This document shows, one piece after another, positions 57,098 to 64,000 of a DNA stretch of 64,000 bases. Position 1 is the first letter of the stretch. Every line of letters begins with the position of its first letter. The position numbers and the translations under genes are program-made. Source of the DNA: Burkholderiales bacterium (GTDB lineage: Bacteria > Pseudomonadota > Gammaproteobacteria > Burkholderiales > SG8-41); the NCBI GenBank assembly GCA_043743335.1, contig JAYTWR010000193.1:32692-96691 (forward strand). The letters run 5' to 3'. The notes below the pieces were generated by a model. It made no database searches and was not told the origin of the DNA. It saw only the letters and a list, made by a program, of their open reading frames with translations.

Positions 57098-58359
57098 TGT
57101 CAGATAGCGACGCAAAACCCTCATGGCGTGAGATGTTTGTCGCCATGTTAAGCCGCCGCATGCTGGTAGCGCTGCTGATGGGGTTTGCCTGCGGGTTGCC
57201 ACTGCTGTTGACTGGCTCCGTGTTGCAGGCTTGGTTGAAGGATGGCGGGGTTAGCCTGACCGACATCGGCTTTTTCGCACTGGTGGGTTTGCCGTATACG
57301 CTCAAGTTTTTGTGGGCGCCCTTGTTCGATCGTTATGTGCCGCCATTGTTGGGGCGCCGACGCGGTTGGTTGGTGATGGCGCAACTGGTGCTGGCGGCGG
57401 CGCTCGCTGCGTTAAGTCTCGCGCAGCCCACGCCCGGCCATTTGTGGTGGATCTCTGTAGCAGCGCTGCTGGTGTCCTTCTTTTCGGCCTCGCAAGACAT
57501 TGTCGTGGACGCCTATCGCCGCGAGAGCCTGTCGGATAATGAACTGGGCTTAGGGTCGGCGCTTTACGTCAACGGCTATCGCGTGGGCATGCTACTCGCC
57601 AGTGGTGGCGGGCTGATTATTGCCGATCACACCTCTTTTGCCTTGATGTATCAGTTGATGGCGGCTTGCATGGTGTTGTGCGTGGGCGTGACCCTATGGG
57701 CGGTCGAACCGCCGCTACCCGAAGGCGCACCCACGTCGTTGCACGAAGCGGTGGTGTTGCCGTTTCGCGATTACTTTGCGCGCGAGGGCGCGTGGTTGGC
57801 GCTGGCGTTTATTCTGTTTTACAAACTCGGCGACATCATGGCGAGCAGCATTACCACGCCGTTTTATCTCGAATTGGGATACTCCAAAACCGAGATCGGC
57901 GCGGTGGTGAAACTGTTTGGCTTTTGGGCCACCATCGTCGGCGGCACGCTGGGCGGCATGATCATTATGCGCATCGGCATGACGCGCGCGCTGTGGGCGT
58001 TTGGCGTGTTGCAAATGGTATCGACACTGGGCTTTCTGGCGCTGGCCTATATCGGTCATAACAATGCGGCATTGGCGGCGGTGATTGCCATCGAAAACCT
58101 TGCGGGTGGCTTGGGCACTGCCGCGTTTGTGGGCTTTATGGGCGCGTTAACCGACAAGCGCTTTACCGCCACACAATACGCCTTGCTGTCGAGCTTGATG
58201 GGCGTGCCGAGGGTGTTTATCGCCGCACCTGCGGGCTGGTTGGCAACTACGCTCGGCTGGCCGGTATTTTTTGCCCTCTGCACACTACTGGCCATACCCG
58301 GCTTGCTGCTGATCCGCAGCGTGGCACGCCTGCACCAAACTCAGCCCGCGCCGAAATGA
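57097..58359 (+). CDS. ampG: muropeptide permease AmpG (MFS)
   Basis: 420 aa with GFACGLPLLLTGSVLQAWL, YTLKFLWAPLFDRY and 12+ TM helices. Confidence 0.85.
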   Translation: MSDSDAKPSWREMFVAMLSRRMLVALLMGFACGLPLLLTGSVLQAWLKDGGVSLTDIGFFALVGLPYTLKFLWAPLFDRYVPPLLGRRRGWLVMAQLVLAAALAALSLAQPTPGHLWWISVAALLVSFFSASQDIVVDAYRRESLSDNELGLGSALYVNGYRVGMLLASGGGLIIADHTSFALMYQLMAACMVLCVGVTLWAVEPPLPEGAPTSLHEAVVLPFRDYFAREGAWLALAFILFYKLGDIMASSITTPFYLELGYSKTEIGAVVKLFGFWATIVGGTLGGMIIMRIGMTRALWAFGVLQMVSTLGFLALAYIGHNNAALAAVIAIENLAGGLGTAAFVGFMGALTDKRFTATQYALLSSLMGVPRVFIAAPAGWLATTLGWPVFFALCTLLAIPGLLLIRSVARLHQTQPAPK

Positions 58360-58937
58360 TAAATCGCCAAAGCCCCTAGTAAATTAGGTAATAAATTCAA
58401 CGACTTACCGTCTGTCAGCACTTTGCGCTCAAGGATACGGATGTGGCGTTCGGCGCAAAACTGCTCGAAGTCGTCGAGTGTGCACAGGTGGATGTTCGGT
58501 GTGTCAAACCATTGGTGCGGCAGATTCTCTGAAATCGGCATGCGCCCAGACAACACGTGCAGGCGGTTGCGCCAGTAGCCGAAATTCGGGAACGTCAGAA
58601 TGCCCTCGCGGCCCACGCGCAGCATTTCGCGAATAATGCGCTCGCCGTTGCGCATGGCTTGCAGCGTCTGCGACAGAATCACGTAATCGAATGACTGATC
58701 GTCAAACTCGCGCAAGCCTCGTTCTAGGTTGCGCTGAATCACGTTGACGCCGTTTTTCACGCACGCCAACACATTGGCGTCGTCGATCTCTACACCGTAA
58801 CCGGTAATGTTGCGCTCGCGCGTAAGATAGTTGAACAGCGCTCCGTCGCCGCAGCCCAAATCCAGCACGCGCGCGCCGGGCTTGACCCATTGTGCGATGG
58901 CGGCAAAATCAGCGCGGTCAATGCTGATACCGTTCAT
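58341..58937 (-). CDS. metW: methionine biosynthesis protein MetW
   Basis: 198 aa with [11 protein letters not shown] and ILSQTLQAM. It overlaps metX by 4 bp. Confidence 0.9.
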   Translation of the reverse strand: MNGISIDRADFAAIAQWVKPGARVLDLGCGDGALFNYLTRERNITGYGVEIDDANVLACVKNGVNVIQRNLERGLREFDDQSFDYVILSQTLQAMRNGERIIREMLRVGREGILTFPNFGYWRNRLHVLSGRMPISENLPHQWFDTPNIHLCTLDDFEQFCAERHIRILERKVLTDGKSLNLLPNLLGALAIYHFGAG

Positions 58938-60097
58938 GGCGCGCCCCCGGTGGCAATGCGCTCAAAGTACGCCGCCACCAGCTTGTGATAGCGCTCATCA
59001 TCTAGCAAAAACGCATCATGGCCGTGCGGCGCATCGATTTCAGCATACGTCACATCACGCTTGTTCTTGAGCAAGGCATGCACGATCTCGCGCGAGCGCT
59101 CGGGCGAAAAGCGCCAGTCCGTGGTAAACGACACCACTAAAAACCCGGCAGTTGCCGGTGCCAACGCTTTGGCTAAATCGCCGCCATACTCAAACGCCGG
59201 ATCAAAATAATCTAACGCCTTGGTGATGCGTAAATAAGTGTTGGCGTCGAAGTAACCGGAGAATTTGTCCGCTTGGTAACGCAGATAAGACTCGATCTCG
59301 AATTCCGTATCGAAGCTGTAATTCACGCGCCCGTGCTTCAAGGTGCGGCCGAACTTGTTCGCCATTTCGTCGTCGGACAAATACGTAATGTGCCCCACCA
59401 TGCGCGCCACGCGCAGGCCCCGGCGCGGCGTGGCGTTGTGCGCGTAATAATCACCGCCGTGAAAATCCGGATCAGTGAGTATGGCTTGCCGAGCTACCTC
59501 ATTAAACGCAATGTTCTGCGCCGACAGATTGGGCGCGCAGGCAATCACCAGCGCGTGTCGTGTGCGCTGCGGATAGGCGATGCTCCATTGCAGGCACTGC
59601 ATGGCGCCCAAACTGCCGCCCATCACGGCGGCGAATTGCGCGATGCCCAAATAATCCGCCAGCCGCGCCTGTGCGTTCACCCAATCGTCCACCGTTACCA
59701 GCGGAAAATCTGCGCCCCACGGTTGGCCCGTTTGCGCATTGATCGACAGCGGCCCGGTAGAGCCGTGACAGCCGCCCAGGTTATTCACGCCCACCACAAA
59801 AAACCGGTTCGTATCCAGCGGCTTGCCGGGGCCGATCATGTTGTCCCACCAACCGACATTGTTCGGCTCGTGGGCGTAGACACCCGCAACATGGTGCGAG
59901 GCATTAAGCGCGTGGCACACCAGCACCGCATTCGAGCGCGCGGCGTTCAAAGTGCCATAGGTCTCAAACGCGAGTTCGTAATCGGCGATCGCACGCCCGC
60001 ACTTGAGCGGCAATGGCTCGCGGAACGCAGCCCGTTGCGGCGTGACCACGCCCACGCTGGCGGTAGTAGGGCTGGCTATATTTTTTACAGCATCCAT
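58934..60097 (-). CDS. metX: homoserine O-acyltransferase MetX
   Basis: Contains [13 protein letters not shown], the nucleophile elbow GGSLGAMQ, and [11 protein letters not shown]. The ATG at 60097 is preferred over the GTG at 60127. Confidence 0.9.
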   Translation of the reverse strand: MDAVKNIASPTTASVGVVTPQRAAFREPLPLKCGRAIADYELAFETYGTLNAARSNAVLVCHALNASHHVAGVYAHEPNNVGWWDNMIGPGKPLDTNRFFVVGVNNLGGCHGSTGPLSINAQTGQPWGADFPLVTVDDWVNAQARLADYLGIAQFAAVMGGSLGAMQCLQWSIAYPQRTRHALVIACAPNLSAQNIAFNEVARQAILTDPDFHGGDYYAHNATPRRGLRVARMVGHITYLSDDEMANKFGRTLKHGRVNYSFDTEFEIESYLRYQADKFSGYFDANTYLRITKALDYFDPAFEYGGDLAKALAPATAGFLVVSFTTDWRFSPERSREIVHALLKNKRDVTYAEIDAPHGHDAFLLDDERYHKLVAAYFERIATGGAP

Positions 60098-60098
60098 G

Positions 60099-60131
60099 AA
60101 AAAACCCGGCGAGCTTGCGCAATTCACCGGG
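60099..60131 (-). terminator. terminator-like hairpin abutting the metX start codon (possible attenuator or expression platform)
   Basis: On the minus strand: CCCGGTG-AATTGCGCAAGCT-CGCCGGG followed by TTTTTT, then C and the ATG. Confidence 0.4.
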
Positions 60132-60164
60132 TTTGAGTCACGTGGCCTTAACCAAGCACCACCA

Positions 60165-60218
60165 TCTCTTTAGCCGGATTTATTGCGCGCCCGCAATCTG
60201 ACTTCAAATCGGCGCGTC
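60165..60218 (-). promoter_or_regulatory. pseudoknot-capable hairpin in the metX leader (possible SAM-responsive element, unverified)
   Basis: On the minus strand a CGCGCC/GGCGCG stem has a 19-nt loop starting GAUUU. The 3' tail AAUAAAUCCGGCUAAAGAG can pair (AAAUC) with that loop. Confidence 0.3.
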
Positions 60219-60268
60219 AAAACAAGGACTTACATTACCTCGCCACACGTAAATTGTCAATTTCTATG

Positions 60269-60715
60269 CTAGGCCGGCTGCTCCCACGGTCGCCCGCGTG
60301 GCCTAGCTTCGCGCCGCTCTCCGATAATTTTTTCGATTTTGGCGAGGACGCGGCTGTTGCCCAACGGCTGGCTTTGATTTAACGCCAACCGGATGTCGTC
60401 AATCGCCGCTCAATCCAGCGCAGGACGAAACACGTCGCGATGGGCTGTCTGCCGCTCGCGCTCGCCACGCCCTAGCGCAAGATACAGTGGGTGTGGTGCG
60501 AGCAGCGCATCAGCGTGCGCCTTGACGATGTGTAGCGGCTATCCACAGGGTGCCGGTGCGCTTGTAGGTGCGATTGATGTATGCGCATAGCGCGGCGGCG
60601 GGTGGATTTGTTCGAAGCGGTTGAGCGCGGTTCGTGGCGAACAATGCACGGTCAACTGGCCGGTTGACTCATTGCGTCGCGCCAGCATACATTGGTGGCA
60701 GGTCGAAAATGGTGT
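60269..60715 (-). pseudogene. decayed REP-associated tyrosine transposase (RAYT, IS200/IS605-like) gene
   Basis: Minus-strand fragments lie in different frames: YINRTYKRTGTLW, SRYTSS, and ADALLAPHPLYLALGRGERERQTAHRDVFRPALD-TGA-AAIDDIRLALNQSQPLGNSRVLAKIEKIIGERREARPRGRP. There are frameshifts, an internal deletion and an in-frame stop. Confidence 0.55.
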
Positions 60716-60871
60716 TTAAAATTCCTATTCTCCACGTCAGTGGGCACAGCGATCAAGCGTGAGCTATCAACACCCGCTTCATTCACCGTTTGCTCCAGCG
60801 GCTCAGCGCTGCGGCCTTTCCGATGCCGGTGCCACCGCCGTGATGACGGCAACGTTGTTGTGCGTGCTCAT
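60716..60871 (-). pseudogene. N-terminal fragment of a short-chain dehydrogenase/reductase, frameshifted
   Basis: An AGGAGA SD precedes the ATG at 60871. MSTHNNVAVIT is followed, after a 1-nt shift, by GGGTGIGKAAAL (Rossmann TGxxxGIG). A later piece, LIAVPTDV, appears before the fragment is truncated at the RAYT remnant. Confidence 0.5.
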
Positions 60872-60946
60872 GGGTATTTCTCCTGTGCGGTTTCTATGGT
60901 TATGCCGCAGCGAATTGCCATTGCCCGCACCCGTGTTTGTCTGACG

Positions 60947-61708
60947 CTAACGGCTCATCAGTTCGGCCAGCCGTTCCAAATCGCGCGCTTCCACATCCGA
61001 AATGGCGGCGTAACGCAGCCCGCCGCTGGCCCAGGTGGTGAGCCCGTAACCGCGTGCGACGCTGGTGCTGGGTAGCGAAGGCTCATGGCTTTCATGGCTT
61101 TGCGCGCGCCACACAAAGACATTAACCACGTGGTTGCGTATGCGATAGACGATGGCAGCAGCTTGGCGGTCGCCGATGTGATCCAGCCGTGCACCAGCGA
61201 GTTTGAAACCTTCTGTCGCAAAATCACGTACGACAGGGGCGAAATCCACCTTGCCCTGAAACCACGGCTTGACGACATGTTGATCGGATGCAATGACATC
61301 CAACAACCGCCCATTGCCGGTGAGCGAGGCGACATGGCTGGCGGCGATTTGCTCACGCAACGGATCTTCAGTCGCAGGCTGTGCCAGCCACAGCCCGGTG
61401 ATCAAGCCCAGCAGTGCTGTCGCGCAGGCGAGCGCGCCTGCGGCGAACCAACCGGGTTGTCGCCGTGGCGTCACGGTGGGTTGAGCGCCGCCACCATCAA
61501 ATGCTTCGATTTGCTGGCGCAATGATGTCGGCGCGTGGTGATACGGTGCGTGCGCACGCAGTGTCGCGCGCAGGCTGTCGCGTTCAGCTTGTGCTGCGCG
61601 GCAGGCGGCGCACCCAGCGAGGTGTTGCGTAATCTCCATGCTGGTTTGCGCATCGAGCTCGTTGTCGATATAGGCGTCGAGTTTGGGCTGGACGTGATTG
61701 CAGTTCAT
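60947..61708 (-). CDS. anti-sigma factor (zf-HC2, single TM)
   Basis: MNCNHVQPKLDAYIDNELDAQTSMEITQHLAGCAACR carries the H-x3-C-x2-C motif. It has a central TM and an ATGA overlap with the sigma-factor stop. Confidence 0.8.
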   Translation of the reverse strand: MNCNHVQPKLDAYIDNELDAQTSMEITQHLAGCAACRAAQAERDSLRATLRAHAPYHHAPTSLRQQIEAFDGGGAQPTVTPRRQPGWFAAGALACATALLGLITGLWLAQPATEDPLREQIAASHVASLTGNGRLLDVIASDQHVVKPWFQGKVDFAPVVRDFATEGFKLAGARLDHIGDRQAAAIVYRIRNHVVNVFVWRAQSHESHEPSLPSTSVARGYGLTTWASGGLRYAAISDVEARDLERLAELMSR

Positions 61709-62259
61709 GACCATTTCCTGAGTCGTGAGGCGGTTATGCGCTGTTGCAACAGATCGCGCCCGCGCGCCAGACGCGACATCACCGTGCCGATGGGCACTGC
61801 GACGATGGCGCTGATTTCTTTGTAGGACATATCTTCCAATTCGCGTAGCACAATGACCTCGCGGTATTCAGCGGGCAGTGTTGCAATTTGTCGGCGTACC
61901 CAACGCGCTTCGTCGTTTTGCAAGGCCATCGTTTCCGGCGACGCACTTGACGCACTGCCACCCACACCACCATGACTATCTTCTTCATAGGCGTCTTCTA
62001 TGGCGCGCGTCTTGTTACCGCGCAGCCAATCGAAAGCGCAGTGGCGTACGATGGTCATGAACCAGGCTTTGGGGCTTTCGTCTCGCGCGTCACCAAACGC
62101 CCGATAGGCGCGCACGCAGGCCTCCTGCACGGCTTCTTCTGCACCGAAGTCGTCACGCGTCAACCAGCGTGCGAGGTTGTACGCTGCATCCAGATGCGCA
62201 AGCACTGCCTCCTTGAAACGCGCTAGCCGTGCAGCCTCTTGCATGAGTTTTTGTGCCAT
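61705..62259 (-). CDS. ECF-type RNA polymerase sigma factor
   Basis: 184 aa with region 2 (WFMTIVRHCAFDWLR) and the region 4 HTH (YKEISAIVAVPIGTVMSRLARGR). Confidence 0.9.
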   Translation of the reverse strand: MAQKLMQEAARLARFKEAVLAHLDAAYNLARWLTRDDFGAEEAVQEACVRAYRAFGDARDESPKAWFMTIVRHCAFDWLRGNKTRAIEDAYEEDSHGGVGGSASSASPETMALQNDEARWVRRQIATLPAEYREVIVLRELEDMSYKEISAIVAVPIGTVMSRLARGRDLLQQRITASRLRKWS

Positions 62260-62280
62260 TTGACCGGGGTAATCATCTGA

Positions 62281-62307
62281 AGACTTAATCTCGCGCAGAT
62301 TTATTCC
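62281..62307 (-). promoter_or_regulatory. candidate ECF-type promoter GGAATAA-N15-AGTCT for the sigma/anti-sigma operon
   Basis: The minus strand reads GGAATAAATCTGCGCGAGATTAAGTCT. It ends 21 nt upstream of the sigma-gene ATG. Confidence 0.5.
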
Positions 62308-62318
62308 ACGACATTTCT

Positions 62319-62346
62319 GGAATAAGTCGCAGACGCACAGAGTCTA
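62319..62346 (+). promoter_or_regulatory. candidate ECF-type promoter GGAATAA-N15-AGTCT for the metallophosphoesterase-cupredoxin operon
   Basis: The plus strand reads GGAATAAGTCGCAGACGCACAGAGTCTA. It has the same architecture as the divergent partner 11 nt away. Confidence 0.5.
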
Positions 62347-62412
62347 TATCAATGAGAACCATGATGGCTATGGCTGCTATTAAAATTATTCAATTAAATC
62401 AAGGAGATAGCA

Positions 62413-63309
62413 ATGACAGGCTCTATCAATCGGCGAGACTTTCTGGCGTTATCAGGTGTAGGCGGTTTGGTAATGGCATCGGGTTTACCGGGCTGTGCCA
62501 GCATGGCAGGCAGTGGTGATTTCAGTTTTGTGCAAGTCACCGATGTGCATTGGGGTTATGCCAACCCCAAGGTGAATCCGGAATCGGTGAAGACGTTGCC
62601 ACGGGCCATTGCCGCCATCAATGCGATGGAGCAAAAGCCCGACTTTGTGGTGTTCACCGGCGACCTCACGCAAACCACCGATGACCCCAAGGTGCGGCGC
62701 CAGCGTCTGAGTGAAGTCAAAGGCATGATCGGCGACCTCACCAGCCGTGGTCATCAGGTGCGCACCTTCGCCGGCGAGCACGATGCGTCTCTTGATCGCG
62801 GCGAAGCGTATCTTGAAATCTTCGGCGGGCAGTTGAACTACACCTTTGATCACAAGGGCATCCACTTTATCGTGCTGGACAACTGCTCTGATCCTGCGCC
62901 GTTGTTGGGTGCCAAGCAGATCGACTGGCTGAAGGCTGATCTGGCGCAACAAAAGACCGATGCGCCTATCGTGGTGCTCACACACCGTCCCTTGTTCGCG
63001 ATGTATCCGCAGTGGGACTGGGCCACACGGGATGGTGATCAGGCCATCAACGCCTTGATGCCGTACAAGAACGTGACGGTGTTCTACGGTCACGTGCATC
63101 ATGAACATCATTTCAAGACGGGCCATATCGAGCACCACGCCGCGATGTCCACCATGTTCCCGCTGGCGCCGGTGGGCACCATGCCGCAGAAGACCCAATT
63201 GCCGTGGGATGCGGCCGCGCCGTACAAGGGCTTGGGCTTCCGCAGCATACGCGCCACCGCTAGCGGTAGCGCCGCACAGCCGCGCGAAATTCCGTTTGCG
63301 CGAGCGTAG
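62413..63309 (+). CDS. Tat-exported metallophosphoesterase
   Basis: 298 aa. The twin-arginine signal is SINRRDFLALSG. MPE motifs are present: TDVHWG, TGDLT, GEHD, LTHRP and GHVHHEH. Confidence 0.8.
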   Translation: MTGSINRRDFLALSGVGGLVMASGLPGCASMAGSGDFSFVQVTDVHWGYANPKVNPESVKTLPRAIAAINAMEQKPDFVVFTGDLTQTTDDPKVRRQRLSEVKGMIGDLTSRGHQVRTFAGEHDASLDRGEAYLEIFGGQLNYTFDHKGIHFIVLDNCSDPAPLLGAKQIDWLKADLAQQKTDAPIVVLTHRPLFAMYPQWDWATRDGDQAINALMPYKNVTVFYGHVHHEHHFKTGHIEHHAAMSTMFPLAPVGTMPQKTQLPWDAAAPYKGLGFRSIRATASGSAAQPREIPFARA

Positions 63310-63312
63310 GCA

Positions 63313-63684
63313 ATGACCCCGTTATTGGTACGCCTTGCCGTGCTGGCTGTGGTAGCTGCCTGTGGCGGCTATTGGACTGCGTCAGATACCGTTTTAGCGC
63401 AAGCGCCAGCAACGCGCATTGCGGTGGACGTGCGCAAGTTTGAGTTTGCCCCAGCCGAGATACGCGTAAAAAGGGGCCAGTCCGTCACTTTTGTTTTGTC
63501 CACCACGGATTTTGTGCACGGCTTCGCCATCCCTGACTTTAACGCGCGCGTCGATGTGATTCCCGGCAAGCCCACCGAACTCACCCTCACGCCAGGGAAG
63601 AGCGGCAAGTTTCACGTGCTTTGCGACAACTTCTGTGGCGAGGGGCACGACAAGATGAACGCGTGGCTTGTTGTGAGCGACTAG
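63313..63684 (+). CDS. CuA-type cupredoxin-domain lipoprotein (COX2-like copper site)
   Basis: 123 aa with the lipobox VAAC. The copper-ligand pattern is H (VHGF) ...35 aa... C-DNF-C-GEG-H-DK-M, which equals H-Xn-C-X3-C-X3-H-X2-M. Confidence 0.75.
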   Translation: MTPLLVRLAVLAVVAACGGYWTASDTVLAQAPATRIAVDVRKFEFAPAEIRVKRGQSVTFVLSTTDFVHGFAIPDFNARVDVIPGKPTELTLTPGKSGKFHVLCDNFCGEGHDKMNAWLVVSD

Positions 63685-63761
63685 GCGCTTCGAAACCTAC
63701 CTTGCGCTGACAGACCGCACTACGCCCATTGTTGCGGCGGGCCGCAAGAGCAATAGCTCGC

Positions 63762-63843
63762 GTAGGGCGCAATCGTTATTGCGCTGCATGATAGACGCGC
63801 ATACCGCCTTCGGTGCAATGCGCCGCGCTTATTGCCCCCCTAC
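63762..63843. repeat. inverted pair of GTAG-type REP sequences (second REP family)
   Basis: GTAGGGCGCAATCGTTATTGCGC lies at 63762 and GCGCTTATTGCCCCCCTAC ends at 63843. Each contains its own palindrome. Confidence 0.5.
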
Positions 63844-63847
63844 GGCC

Positions 63848-64000
63848 CTACCGTACGTCGACCGCCACCGCCTCAATCCCAAACGCCCCCGCCGCCAACA
63901 ACATATGCCGGTCATTGGTATAAACACGCCGTAGCCCGTGTTCCCTCGCACAAACCAGATGCAGTGCATCGGCCGAGCGGATGGTTATGGTTTTGCTCAG
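63848..64000 (-). CDS. vapC: PIN-domain toxin VapC, C-terminal part (gene runs off window end)
   Basis: Own translation of the minus strand: LSKTITIRSADALHLVCAREHGLRRVYTNDRHMLLAAGAFGIEAVAVDVR-stop. Confidence 0.7.
   Translation of the reverse strand: MSKTITIRSADALHLVCAREHGLRRVYTNDRHMLLAAGAFGIEAVAVDVR

Overview
GC-rich chromosomal segment whose gene content and order look betaproteobacterial (Burkholderiales-like). All product calls come from reading the ORF translations and recognising motifs; no similarity search was run. Most of the window is core housekeeping: ubiE, Tim44-like, ubiJ and ubiB; pilT-pilU; yggS-proC-yggT; rng-maf-rlmH-rsfS-nadD; aceE-aceF; mreBCD-mrdA-rodA-rlpA; gatCAB; xth; ampG; metX-metW; hemJ. 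No rRNA, tRNA or CRISPR array was recognised. The accessory or unusual content is as follows. (1) An OsmC-family gene has an in-frame TGA exactly at the conserved C-terminal Cys position, followed by a SECIS-like hairpin, so it is a candidate selenoprotein or else a pseudogene. (2) A 19-bp AT-rich box, TAACTAATTGATTTTATTG, whose reverse complement is a perfect IHF consensus, recurs about a dozen times, including inside conserved genes. (3) TPR-fused putative protein-modifying enzymes are scattered through the window (two GT41/OGT-like, one GT9-like, one cupin/2OG-oxygenase-like, plus GT61, GT8-like and DXD glycosyltransferases). One GT41 gene sits inside the ubiE-ubiJ-ubiB cluster directly behind a strong terminator. 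(4) A 1.6-kb island of two toxin-antitoxin operons is bracketed by 64-bp direct repeats that duplicate the porin terminator. An orphan AbrB-type antitoxin lies beside it, and a partial vapC lies at the window end. (5) There is a REPIN/MITE-like palindromic element, a second REP pair, and a decayed RAYT-type transposase next to a decayed SDR gene. (6) A deletion remnant fuses the start of an ABC ATPase to the end of an ABC-2 permease. (7) An ECF sigma/anti-sigma pair has two back-to-back promoters of identical architecture facing a Tat-metallophosphoesterase and a CuA-type cupredoxin lipoprotein. Smaller items include palindromic elements with tandem-repeat arms (in the gatA-gatB spacer and upstream of the PLD gene), a structured metX leader, and a signal-peptide-bearing HIRAN protein coupled to hemJ.
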